Shown: positions 12,585-24,700 of the stretch, piece after piece | Numbering within the stretch: position 1 is the stretch's first letter | Layout: each line of letters starts with the position of its first letter | DNA from: Eutreptiella sp. 'Long Island Sound 2002' | Taxonomy: Eukaryota > Protista > Euglenida | NCBI GenBank assembly: GCA_964036045.1 | Contig: OZ038379.1 | Coordinates: 26,474,001-26,538,000, forward strand | Direction of reading: 5' to 3' | Length of the DNA: 64,000 nt | Translations under genes and position numbers: made by a program | Notes under the pieces: model-generated | What the model saw: only the letters and a program-made list of their open reading frames with translations | Told to the model about the DNA's origin: nothing | Database searches by the model: none

Positions 12585-13033
12585 CAAGCATGTGCGGTCT
12601 CTAGGCAAATTTTCTTGTGCGGCAGCATGTTGTGGCATGCTGCGGCATGCTTCTACCTGCACATGTGGGTACCTACGCTTTTGTGGAAAATTGAGCTCAC
12701 ATGCAAGAGACAACATGCACAACACTGTTGGGCCAAATTAATCACTTTCATCATCCGGATCGTCTGTGGTGGGTTTGTTGACATACATCATAGCCAAATG
12801 GCACAAAGTGTTGTTCCCCATATGCAAACGGTCCTTTGTCTGGATGTGGCCCATCAAACTGAACGTTCGCTCAATATGGCAAGCAGAGCGAGGTCTTTGA
12901 ACAAAGAAAACAGCACATGAACTCAAAAAAATGGGTGCTGCGGCATGCTGCGGCATGCTTCAAAACCCCCATGTGCAGCTCCAAAAAACGGGTGTTGCGG
13001 CATGTTGCGGCATGTTGCGGCTGCACATGCTTG
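12585..13033 (-). mobile_element. Non-autonomous hAT derivative (449 bp) inserted in the LINE
   Basis: Perfect 11-bp TIR caagcatgtgc/gcacatgcttg. 8-bp TSD gatggcgg/gatggcag. Internal SACHIERTFSLMGHIQTKDRLHM is a hAT dimerisation motif. Subterminal catg(c/t)tgcggcatg repeats. Removing it restores the LINE frame EQGWRPVEGWWRW. Confidence 0.92.
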
Positions 13034-13199
13034 GATGGCAGCCGGTGGAGGGTTGGTGGCGGTGGAGCGTGCCGGGACAGGCGTCCCCACTGTGCCTGCA
13101 GCCGGTATGGACGGAAGTCAGGCACCCACCGGGAGTGTCTCCGGCACCACTCGCTCTGGGGGCTCGAGACCCGACGGCCGCGGATGTTCGGAGGCCTGA

Positions 13200-14260
13200 G
13201 AGGCGGGCTGGACTGTGAGGCCTACCGCCAAGGGCTGGCGGTGGCGCGCACGGAGCTAGAGGCGGCCCTACTGCGGGCGCTGGTGGCGGGCGCAACGTGG
13301 ACAGCGGAGAGAGTAGCCCGGCACCGGCTGCGGAACGGCACGGGATGCCCCCACGACGGCGCCTTGGAGGAGCACGAGGACGATGCGTTCTGGTCTTGCC
13401 CCGAGCGGCGTCTGGCCAAGGAGCCCTGGATTCAGTGGGTGGAACTCTCGGCCCACGCCCTCCGAGACTGGGGGCCCCAGCGACATGGCCGCGCTGCGTG
13501 CGGCGAGCAGGGCTCTTGCCTACAATCTTGACGAAGGATGCCGCAAGAGAGGGTGTGTTCGAGTTCGCCCGGCGACTGTATGGTATGTTCCTGGCAGTGC
13601 TGGCGGCGCGCGGAGGATGACGGGGAACGGCTCTTCCCCAGCAGAGAAGGTGTCCCGGCCATGCCAGACTAGCGCTACCGCGGGCACGCGATGTCGCTTC
13701 ATGACCGCGCGCATGTGCTGCGCCGGGCAGTGGACGTGCTACAGCCGCACCTACTGGCAGGGTCCCTACTACGGGGGGCGCCACTGGAGAGGTGTGCTTC
13801 CCTGGTACCCCTGGGAGGGCGACCGTGCATTGGGCTGAAAGCAAGGCCGTACTTTGCAGCCGAAGGGGCCATGAGGCACCAGCTGGAGCGACTCTCGCTG
13901 CATTGTATGGCGAAATGGCATGGGCGGTTGCGAGCACCAACGCGCTAGCGCAAGCCGACAACAATGTTCTTGCAGGATCACTTCCCAGTCCCAACGGATG
14001 GCCGCGAGCCGTTGAGGCTGGGGCAACCCCAGGCCACTGGGGCGAGGCAGAAGCTACCCCAGCTGATGGGCCCCCTGCCGCCGCCACCGAACCAACCCGC
14101 AGCCCGCATGCTCCCGGGAGTCCCGGACGGGTGGCGCTAGCCGCAGCAATTCCGGCACAGCCTGCTCTACTAGGCGGCGCGCCTGCAGTGGCGAGACGAC
14201 GCGGGCCAGGTGTCGTATGCGGAGCTCGCCCTGGACTACGAGGAGTTCGTGGGACCGGTG
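13200..14260 (+). pseudogene. LINE ORF2 C-terminus: degenerate CCHC knuckle plus two partial copies of a SYAELALD domain
   Basis: CPHDGALEEHEDDAFWSC, LYGMFLAVLAA, MSLHDRAHVL and LQWRDDAGQVSYAELALDYEEFVG; homologous to 42430-44526. Confidence 0.7.
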
Positions 14261-15570
14261 GGAGGCCTAACCCCCCCCCCCCTCCGCGGCCACCACGACC
14301 CGAGCTCCAGCCAGGGCCAGACTCCGACTCCGACTCGCAGCCCGCGTCACAGCCGGGTGGGCCTCGCCCAACACCATAGCACGATGCGCGGGCCGATTTA
14401 CCGGGGGCAAGATATGACCGCTGCACGGGGCGCCGGCGTGCAACTAGTGTCGGGTATGGAACCGGGGAGTCCACTTGTGCTGTGCCCGGGGCCATACGGG
14501 ACACGTGGTGGCCAGGGCACCAGCAGCCTGCCGGCCGGTGAGCGGAGGACGGCCGGTGTCGCACCCGGGGACGCGCAAACTCGCCCCCGTGGAGAGGCGG
14601 GCGGCAGCGGACTCTGTGCGCCGCTGGCTGGCGGCGGGCAGCGCAAACGGGGCGGCGGGACAGGCGCCGCGGACGGAGACGGGGGCGCTGGCGCAGCGGC
14701 CGAGGCCGGCACCAGAGACGGGAGAGGAGCCGCCGCAACGCCGGCCCTGCCAACGGCGGCCGGGGGTGACGGGGCGCTGGTCACGGGCGCAAGTGGCGGG
14801 GAGCGACGATGACGCCGAGGACGACAACGACTTCGACGGGAACGACAACGTGGACCGCGGCGCAGCCGGGGTCGCAACACGCCCGAGGCCCTGCAAGAGG
14901 GCCCGGGGGGAGGGGGAAGCCACAGCCCCCACCACAGCGCAAGCCACCCCCCCCCCCCCCGGGGTGCCAGGGAGGGCAGGGGGGAGAGGGGCCACGCCAC
15001 CCAGCAACGACAGGGCGGCCCAGCCCCCGGGCCGGCGCGACGCCGGCCCCGAGAGGACCGCGCAGGGCAGGGGGCGCCGGGGAGCCAGCCGTACCCCCAA
15101 ACCAGGGTACCCCAGCCTCCAGGGGGGACACAGACGAGGAACCAGGGGCTTCCCCCAGCCCGCAGCCCGGAGATCCCCCCCACTCCCCTCGGGGAGGGCG
15201 CCGCAGGGAGAGACAGGGGGACGACCGTACCCCCCCTACAGGGCACCCCACCCCCGGGAGGGGGCACAGCCGAGGAGCCGGGCGACCCCCCAAGCCCACA
15301 GCCCAGCCCCCCCCTGCGGGAAGGTGCAGCGGGCCACCAGCGGCGCAGGGCGACCGGTGGCGCCGCCAGCGAGAGATGGGGATGCAAGGGGGCCGGGGAG
15401 ACAGGTACCCCAGCCCCGAGGGAGGTCGCCGCCACTGCCGTGCGGGGGCATGTGCCACGGGAGGGCGTCAGAGGAGCTAACCTGAGCGCAGACGCAGGTC
15501 CGTCCTTCGCGCAGTGTACATAGTGGCTAACCCTCGACACGACAGCCAACCGGACAAATAAAGGATGATA

Positions 15571-15586
15571 TGTGGCCATCACAACG
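15571..15586 (+). repeat. 3' target-site duplication of the LINE
   Basis: Identical to 6723-6738. Confidence 0.92.
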
Positions 15587-16239
15587 TCCGGAACAAAGAA
15601 AAGACCAAATGAAGCAAACATGGACGACAAACACCACATCTGTTTGAGGCTCAACCTTTTCAAAACGAGTGGTGGGGGGGGGGGGTGCCATAAAGGCTTC
15701 AAAGAGTATGCCGGTTGGTACTTTCAGGTGCATGTACGTGTGCACCTTTTGAGGAGGGTATCCTCCACTTGTGGACATGTGGGTTGGTTGTCCCCCCAAT
15801 GGGGGTGGGGTGAGGATGGCGGGTTTAAAAAAAAAAAGCGAAAGGTGGGCAGCCTGTTGGGCTACCTAACAATGGGGGGGGGGGGGGTTGCTGAAGCCAG
15901 TTCAGGCTTGCTACTAAGACCTGGGAGCCCCGGTCTGCCCGGATAGACCCTGTCACTCTGCCCTGGTTTGCCTGGACACAGGTCCTGTGCTGCCCCCACC
16001 ACATGATTTTCATGAAGCAGAGACAGGGGCAGGGGGGGGGGGGGGGCTCTCCATACCTCCTTCACAGCGTCTAGGCAGACCCTGACACTCTGCTGGAGTA
16101 TGCCTGGAAACACCGCACGCCCCTACCCAGGTCTGCCCAATTCTGCCCGGATCGCGAACAAGCCTGAACCGGTTCACTCACGGATTTGTGGCCGACAAGG
16201 CAAAGGGGGGAATCAGGTTTGTAGTTGTGCGTTGCTTAC

Positions 16240-16487
16240 CTCTTGCACGTCCCCTCGATGCACGAGAACGGTACCCCGGCGGCCTCACAGGGCTTGTGCA
16301 GTGGCTGTCCGGGCTCCATTTCCGTGGCCTCATCATCTTCTTCATAGATGAGTTCACATTTGCCTGCCGCCGCCTGCGGCATCGGTGGTCCAGAAAACAG
16401 GCTGTACAGTGACCGTGCAGCCCCCAGCACTGCCTGGGCGGCGCTGAGCTCAGCGGAGGAGGTTGTGGTTAGAGACATTGTTGGGCC
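16240..16487 (-). CDS. fdx: [2Fe-2S] ferredoxin exon: N-terminal extension plus ...KCELIYEEDDEATEMEPGQPLHKPCEAAGVPFSCIEGTCK
   Basis: Pyrimidine-rich acceptor tttgtttcAG at 16489-16488 and strong donor GTAAGC at 16239. GVPFSCxEGxC is a ferredoxin signature. It is unresolved whether the ATG near the exon start is the initiator or upstream exons exist. Confidence 0.88.
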
Positions 16488-16999
16488 CTGAAACAAACCA
16501 AAGGAAGAGCATTCGAAGGGGTGCTGGTGGTTGGGAACCGAGATGATTCAGGTGATTCCCCAATCTCCAACCCCCAAAAGGAGAAGAATGGGCGAAGGTT
16601 GGCTGGCAGGACAGCAATCGGTATCCCCAAGATACCCCCCCCCAATCACACAAAGACCTTGATCTTCATGGATAACCACAAAGAACTGCCGAATTCAATG
16701 GTTCCAAAAATTGCGGAAACAACACATATTGTTGTTCTGACAAGGGCATTGTTCTCGCAAGGGTGGGGCTGTGGGGGTACGGCAGCAAACCATGAACCGC
16801 TGTCGGTTGACAGCCAGACCTCATCGTTTGACCATCGCCCAGCACCTGCACCACCTGGCGAATGCAGTCATCAGGAAGCAGAAACAAGACAACAATTGCC
16901 AGGTGTGGTGGACTCATCCCGCAGACACGAAAACAACACGCCACCCTCGGCAATCTGTCATCCCATGCACAAGCATCACACCCAGGCCTTTGCTTAGTG

Positions 17000-17475
17000 A
17001 TACTGGGGGGGGGGGGGGGGGTTCTTTGGCCCTCCCGGGATTTTGGCTGACCCACCCACCCACTCTCAGACCCACCCACACACCTGCTGGATACCCTGAG
17101 GGGGGGGGGGGGGTCACAGAGCAATTTCAGGTTGACCACTCCATAGCAGGAGCTAAGATTGCGCGCAGGAGGGTTTGAACTCACAACGTTGATTGGTGAG
17201 ACCTGTGCTATAACCACTGGGTCACTAACAGCCCCTGACGTTTCCTTCTTTGAGGACCATGTAGAAACTGAAGTGAAAGTGGTGACCATTACAAAAGTGT
17301 CACAATGTGCCTCGGCCCATGAACAATGTTGGCAGTCTACCAAGCTCAGCAACACCCACCCACCCGACAAAGCGGACACCCCCCCCTGGGGGGTACCTGC
17401 ATTTTTCCCAAAATTGGGGAAAACCCAGATTAACCCACCCACCCATCCTCAGACCCCCCCCCCCCCCCCGGGTAT
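17000..17475. mobile_element. Possible MITE with atac(t/c)+G-run inverted ends and an internal acccacccaccca..ctcagaccc duplication
   Basis: Short inverted termini; no clear TSD. Confidence 0.35.
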
Positions 17476-19288
17476 AGTAGCAACCAGCCACTAAGCAAAG
17501 GCCTGATCACACCCGTGGGTAGGAGGGACGGACATGAATTAATCCCCCCAAACACACACTGGATGTGCGGACCTGGGACCACTTGGTCATCAGCAGTGGC
17601 CCGAGAGCCGAACAAAACACTGTTGCCTTGGACGTACATGATGTTTGCAGCCCAGCAAAAAGACACATTGACCAGATGACTCGAGTGCATGAGATCAGAA
17701 CTTGCTGCCTGCATTCACTTTACTTCCAATAACACATGCACCTATGGCCATCAGTTGCAACAAAACATAATGGCACACCAAAATGCCCAGCAACGGGTCC
17801 CGCCCTCACTGCAAGCGGATTAGATAAATTACAAACGGGAGGGGGAGGGGGGTTGGGTTGGATTGGGACATGGCCTCTATTGGTAATCAAGGTCCCCATC
17901 CCTGCCAGACACGACTGACCTCAATGTCCGGTCTGAAGGCCTGCTGGACTGATGACAGTCCCCATGGGGTGTTTTCGCACAGCGCCTATCATTATGCTAA
18001 TTTTCCCATGTCCACCCTGAAAGCCAGCCACCTCTAGAACCATGCCCAGATTTCTGGTTTGACCATGGCTCCAGGGTCCATGTTTGAGCGTAATCGGCCT
18101 CTATGCACCCAGGGACGGATCTTTGGGGTCTCTCTCCCAACCTGCGGCCTTGGGAAGCAAGGCCAGCACCATGGGAAGCTCTGTGGACACTCTTGACCTC
18201 TGGGGCCACCTCGTCCATTGACAAGGGCCTACTTTTTGCACAGCGCGCGCATTAGTGCACGGTGCCCTCCCCCCCCCCGCCCTCGCCCAGTGCAAGCGAG
18301 CGGGAGATACTGCTGTGCCTGTGTGTGTCCTGGGAAGGGTGGACCATCCAGGGGACACTGGTCAGCTAGCCCACAGGCTCCAGCTGCTGATGTGTTGTGC
18401 TGCCTCCCTGCTGATCCTCTAAGGGCCATGGGCTGGCTGCCAGGAAGGGCAAGCTGGCCAAGGGCACTCCTTGATTGGCCCTTGAGGGTCACAGGTTGTG
18501 GCCCTCTAGGCTTGACTTCTACACTCCCAGGCATGCAGCACTGTTAGGGGTCCTTGGGACGTGCTTGGCACTGCCCTGTCCCAAGGACACACTGGAAGCC
18601 GTGGCTATTTCTGGTGGGGCACCCTGAGGGTAGACTCCCTGGGAGGGGGAGGGGGGAGGAAAGGGTCCAATGCTTTCTTGGCCTTCAAATGCATGCTCTG
18701 CTTCCATAGCCATAGGTATGGAAGCATAGACCTGGGTGCGTATGTCATTCGACCAGGACCAGGAGCATGCTCAAAAAATGCTGGTTGGGTACTGTGTAGT
18801 ACAACCAGCGTCCAGTGCCATGCCTTTGTATGATCCATTTCCTGCAATCCTCTGCTTCGTGCCTCACTTGTGCTGTTGCTGCAGTACTTAGGCGGCCCAA
18901 CCTGCCCCGTAAAATTTTGTGAAATGCGACATTGCAACTCGTATTTTATAATTTCCAGAAACGGTGCTTTACAGTCACAAACGTGGTGACTTGCCATTCG
19001 ATTAATGCATGAATGACAATTTGTGGTACTTAATCGCCAAAATTGAAAAAGACATCTTTTGGTCGAAATTTCGACTATTTTTGATTGCAGGCGATGTAAT
19101 CGGTTTGGGTCGTAGAGGCTAGCCACGGCCTGTACACTTTTATATGTTGCTGCCGGTGATGTGCATGCATGTTCATCATGCCTTTTCAACTTGCCATTAG
19201 GCGAAATTTCGACTATTGTCAGTATAAGTGTGGTTGTTGCCTACCACATCTTGCCACCAACAATCTCAATCCACGAATATTTGTTGTA

Positions 19289-20043
19289 CCCCCCCCCCCC
19301 CCCATTATATAAGCTACGCCAAAGTCCCAAATTAATACGGTCCCTACGCCTACTGTAGCTTGGACACGGGCGTAGCTTGTGCGCGACACATGCAACCACC
19401 GACACACATGAAAGTGAGAGCATAGTATGAGTACACCTCAACCTCCACCCATGTTCCCCAAGGCATGCAAACACACGAAAGTGTTTGAAACATGGAAATT
19501 CAGGTTCACACCCATGTTCTCACAAGCAATGAAGCATGAGAAGCCTACAAATGTTCGGCTTGGAAACCCTTCTTGCGATCGTACACCATGCGGAACAAAT
19601 GCACATGCTCACCACTTGAAGATGCCTTCGAAGATGCCTTTGCTAAGGTTTAGCGGATGGTTTGGGCTAAGGCAACTTCAAGTTCTTGGGAATGACATTG
19701 CCTTGCATGTGGTCTCTTGTAAAATACAATTCCCATGAAAGACATGGGCCGTTCCCCACACACCTCGGGCAGCCTTAGCCCAAACAAATTCAGTGGGAGC
19801 ATCATCGGAGTCACTGGAATCATCACTTGAAGAAGAGGACTCAGAAATGGGGTGGGTTCAAGTGGGCAAACACTCACAACAAATGTGTCCATGACTCTAT
19901 GTGACTGGCAAATTCGTCGGACCCATGTCTGATGTGGCTGCACTATGTTTGGTACCGAATTAAAATTAGGTACCAAATCAATACGGTCCCTACGCCTACT
20001 GTAACTTGGACAAGGGCGTAGCTTATACAAGGGGGGGGGGGGG
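19289..20043. mobile_element. MITE-like element with inverted ends C-run-tataagctacgcc / ggcgtagcttata-G-run
   Basis: Inverted termini. A ~45-bp direct repeat aatacggtccctacgcctactgtarcttggacamgggcgtagctt occurs at ~19333 and ~19980. Confidence 0.55.
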
Positions 20044-20504
20044 TGTTAAGCTTCATCACAATCACTTCTGATGTACATAACAACCAATCATATGTTGCAT
20101 GTGAATATGGGACTATGCTGCTAGAATCTAGCTTTATTTTGCGATTTCAATGTCATCGTTATGTGTCATGCTACGGACCATCAGACACAAAAGGGTTGAT
20201 TAGGCAAAATTTCGCCCATTGGCTAATCATGGAGGTAGAACATTTAGTTACTTGATTACGCGAAACTTTGCCCATGGGCTAACCATGGTATTAGAACAGG
20301 TGGCCACTTCAGCTAGTTGGCACCCCAACCTCAGAGGAGCTTGTACCACCAAATTACTGGTGTTTGTCGAAAATTCACCTTTTTTGTGTGAAATGTTTTC
20401 CTCCAAATATGCACAAGTCACATGTATCATTGCCCTTAAAACGTTTGATGGTCTTGACACCTGAAGAGAAAAGGTAGAATGTTGACTTGTTAATGTCAAT
20501 GTTA

Positions 20505-21788
20505 GTGCCAATGCAACCACCCCCCCAATTCGGCGAAGAAATCCCAACAATTCGGCAGGACAATTCGGCGGGCTTATTTTGCGGCGAAATGCTTCCCAGT
20601 CACCAGGATTATGGCCCTGGCCCCCCAAACACACTGTCCCTTTGGTTGCTGTGTTGTCAGAGACATGTGGAAACCCTTGTAAGCTGAAAAAATTTTTGCA
20701 TCGTGTTGTTTGTATAAGACGAAAAATGGCATTTGCAGAGCGAAAATGAGTGGTTGACTGGTTAGAGTGTTGGGCTATAAATCACCAAAACTTCAGGTAC
20801 CTGGGTTCAAACCCTGTTGAGGGTAATTTTGTGACCTGGACCCAGAGTCAAAGACAGGTTTTTGGAAGTGTCCGGGGGGTAACTTGGGGTAACTGGGTCC
20901 CACCGTTTCAGTTTGTGGCGCTTTTTTTTTCATGTGCACGGGAAGGCTGTGCACTTTCTGAATATCCAAAAAGCGCCGATTGCTTCAACGACATTTTGGA
21001 AAAACGACACCGTTTTTGGGCGGGGTCACCCAGAAAAATGGCAAACCCACCGTTTCAGTTTGTGGCGCTTTTTTTTTTCATGTGCACGGGAAGATTGTGC
21101 ACTTTCTGAATATCCAAAAAGCGCCGATTGCTTCAACAAGGTGTCTGGACGCGAAGGCTTAGCAGGCTTTTTCTGGGCACCTGACTCCTTTGCAGAAGTG
21201 GAAGACTCAGCAACCTCGCATTCCCCAGGCTTTTTCTGGGCACCTGACTCCTTTGCAGAAGTGGAAGACTCAGCAACCTCGCATTCCCCAGACACAGCTA
21301 CAGAATCCACTGCAGGCACCAGTAGCCCGGAATCCACTGATTGGGGGCCTGTTGATGAGCTGCCCGAAGAACGGCGGCTGAAGAACGCACTGGGCCGTGC
21401 AGAGCGAACACAAAATTCGCAAACTGCCCCCTCACCGGCATCAGGATACTTGTCCCGAAGCAAAGCTTGATCGGCGGAGGACAACGAATCCCAGGGGACC
21501 AAAGACACGTCCTTTTGTGGACAGTAAAAACACTGCATGGTGCCAATCTGAACAACCAATGTACAAAGAAAAGGTATTATGCAGTGTCCCAAAGTAAGGG
21601 ATGCCTCCAACTCAGGTGACCCAGAACCCATAAACCCCAACAGGTCGGCAAAACGAGGCGGCAAAGTCCCAGAAACCTAGTGATTCGGCAAAACAAATCG
21701 GCGAAATTCAGAAACCGAACAATTCGGCAGACCAATTCGGCAAATTCGGCCAAATTCGGCCGCCGAATTGGGGGGGGGGGGGGGTTGG
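20505..21788 (-). mobile_element. Putative non-autonomous DNA element with aattcggc subterminal repeats and a CxxC...CxxC coding relic
   Basis: Inverted ccccccaattcggcg / cgccgaattgggggg ends; caatgtta(g) direct repeat at 20497 and 21789; internal 63-bp and ~90-bp duplications; homology to 1430-1964. Confidence 0.5.
20749..20816 (+). promoter_or_regulatory. tRNA-derived (SINE-like) head with Pol III A-box and B-box-like motifs
   Basis: tggttgactggttagag (A-box-like) and ggttcaaaccc (B-box-like) at tRNA-like spacing; no complete cloverleaf. Confidence 0.35.
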
Positions 21789-24700
21789 CAATGTTAGATC
21801 TGTAAAATGACGTCATGTGTACTTCGTCATAGTGGTCCTCTCCTTGCCCAAGAGATTGCCCATGATCCTCAAACCAGACATTGTTATATCTCCATCTCAA
21901 CACAAGGGCTGGTAACCATGAGGCTTGTCAGGTAGGGTCGCCACAATCAAATAGTCTTTTTGCTATTCAAATTTCTTCACAATAAATAAATTTTGAGGAA
22001 ACAAATGGATATGCAGATTTGTTTAACAAAAGCTCACGGATATTTGCTGACATTTCTCAGGCCGAATTGCGAATTCCCCAGCTGCTTCATCACTGTGTGA
22101 ACGCAAGTAAAAAGCAACAATCAACTTTTGTTTACTACAGCATACGAATTTGGGGCAACACCGTTGCTAGTGGTTTCTCTGGGGATCAGACGCTGCAAAG
22201 CCTCCCCCCCCCACCCCTGAAAACACATGCCTGGCTGTGGGGCACACTGCATCCACAGGCAGCACTGCAGGCAAAATGCCTGGAACTGCAGTGCACCACC
22301 GATGGGTGGTGCTCAGTGATCCAGAACCTCCGGGCCTTGTGTGACTATGCCCCACGTTAGCGGTGGAGAACACACTCCAAACTTCACAGTCCGGGAATGA
22401 CTGAATGCAAAGCCTGTCTGTCAGCGCTGGGAGGGGGGTCGGACATTCCACCATCACCAGTATACCTGCCATCCCCTTCCCCATCCCCCGTTCCCCGCCC
22501 CGTTTCTCGTCACTTCCCTTTACAAATGACCCCAACCAACAAGCAGGTCTCAGTGTGCCTTTCACTGAAGCAGAGGAACAGTCCCTGGGATGATCAAATG
22601 GGTGAGTGCGAATGTTTGAGGCCTGGGGCCCGATGAGGCTAGTAATGCAACAGCAGGCGCATCACTCAGTCGGGCCTGCACGTGGACGCTGCAGTCGTGT
22701 GTACAGTCAGCTCACTCTGAATACCATTGCTCAAGTCCCGCGCACGCCCAAATACACACACTTTGTGGACGTGGATGACCAGCCGAAGTGCGACGGCACC
22801 CACCGATGGCACATACCTGGGGCACCCCAACAGGGGGTTGTCACAGCGGTTAGAGCTGAGGGTCAAGGTCAGCCCCGGGGCAAGGGCTCACAGCGCATGA
22901 GCGATGAGGCTTGGGATCGCACCGCTCCCTCCCCCAGAGGACTGCTGAGGGGCAGGGGGGTCTTCATGAGCGACTGCAAAGGTGGTTACTGATGGTTGGA
23001 AAGGCGCTTGACACACAATTCACAATGGTCCCGAGACAGTGCAACACACAACGCAAATGGGGGCCATTGTGCCAGGCGTAGCGATTCCAAAGGATTGAGA
23101 TGTTTGTACGGCGCGCTCGCCTTCGGCCGGAACGACCCACGGAGATGAGGGCTCCTCGATTCCAGAAGTGAAGAAAGCCACAGTTCAAGAAAGCGCAGCC
23201 CCTCGGGGCACCTGGGCTTGGACAAGCCTGTGGTTGCGCGGGGGAAAAGGGGTCGAGGAGGGTGATCATTGTGTGCGTGTGTGCAGAGCCCAGAGAAAAG
23301 AGAGCTCCAGGCCCTGGGTCAGGGATCAGCAACAACCACTTGAGCCCCGGGGCTGCACCGTTGTGTCAGGCTGAGGATGGGGTAAGCGGAGGTGTGCACA
23401 TGGGGCTGGCCGTCAACGTACCCCAATTCTCACACTTGTACAACGGGAGATTCTGGGTATAGAATGAGGCGGTTTTGGTCCTGTGGGACTAGCGGTGACC
23501 ACTCCCGTGAAAGCCCCCCCCCCCCCGTTGCGTGATTCTGTGTCTCGGCTTTGGTACACGGCAGCCCTGACAGACATCTACCTTTCTGCCAGGGCCCTGC
23601 CTGTCAGTTCAGCCTCTGCTGTGTCCTCTTTGCTCCACTTCCTCCGCCTGCATGTCCTCGGCTGCTGCCTCCACTCCCACTACAAGGGCCGTGCTCACCG
23701 TTTGAGTGATAACTTGCAGTGGCCACCGCCAGCTCGGGACACTACGACAATGGATCTGTGCATATGAGCGAAATGCTGGGAGCACACACCATCTGTCAAC
23801 TCAGGCCCTGCTCATGTAATCAAAGCCACACATGTTCGCCCAGACCGCGTACCGCCCTGCTCAAGGGGCTGGAGACAACGCACAGATACCACCTGACCAT
23901 TACACTTCCATGCGGAGTGCACATGACGAAGTCAAACTATTGAATAAAGGACCACTCACCCTCATTACCACTGAGCCCCATGACATGGCAGCCAATATCT
24001 GGGACAAAGACCCATGATTGCTCGTGCCACCCTCCCATAATGCCCTCGGGCGACAGCGCGTCACACAGTGCTCATACAACAGCTCTGCCACAGCTCCAAC
24101 GAAGCGGAGCTGAAGACCAATTGGCGAGGGGCACTTGCGGACTCCAACGCAATTGCACACGGACCGGCAGTGTCTGGTCGCTCGACCAGACTGTGAAGGC
24201 AAGAGCACCTCCCGCGGCTGTCCTGCGGGCGCTCGGTGGGCGGCAGCCTGGCCATGAGCGAACCAAAACTCATGACTGGCACCATGCGGCACCAGAAACT
24301 GCACCCCGCACCCCCCCCCCCCCCGGTCTACGCATTCTGCGGCCTTCTGCACTCACTTCGCCCAGACGCACAATTACAGGTCCAACCCCGCGGCCCCTCC
24401 GCCCCGTCTCCTGTCCACAGGCTTTGCGCAAGGGCACTCTCCGCTTCGCCGCCAGATGCACACAACCCTCACGAAGTCCTTCACAGCGCTCAGTCATGTG
24501 CTCCTGGGGACAGAAGGAGTCTGCTCCGAATGATCTGGTCGCTCAGAATTGAATGGGGAGATCAATTTGCCGGCAAAACCGACCCCTCCCCCCGTGTCTC
24601 ACGCCGCAGGCGTCTGTCCAGAACTACACTGAAAGGCCCCCCATGCCGTGTCCTCCTGTTGGTTTGTGAGACGGGGGGTCGCCCCTTTCGATGCACGATA

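Larger units (their letters stand above)
6739..15570 (+). mobile_element. Full-length decayed non-LTR retrotransposon (ORF1; 2A-2A-APE-RT-CCHC-repeat domain) inside the ferredoxin intron
   Basis: Bounded by a 16-bp TSD. APE and RT motifs lie in frameshifted pieces. The 3' end has aataaa followed by ggatgata. Confidence 0.92.

Noticed and set aside
12960-15702. Long minus-strand ORFs (597 aa, 434 aa) and other Pro/Gly/Arg-rich ORFs over the LINEs
   Set aside because: Antisense shadows of GC-rich LINE sequence; low complexity and no domains.
18605-19189. 194-aa minus ORF with a vaguely hAT-like YCSNSTSEARSRG
   Set aside because: Too weak; no other hAT motifs or ends.
24072-24266. Possible upstream targeting-peptide exon of the ferredoxin (AAGGALAFTVWSS...)
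   Set aside because: No convincing start or splice sites in a compatible phase.
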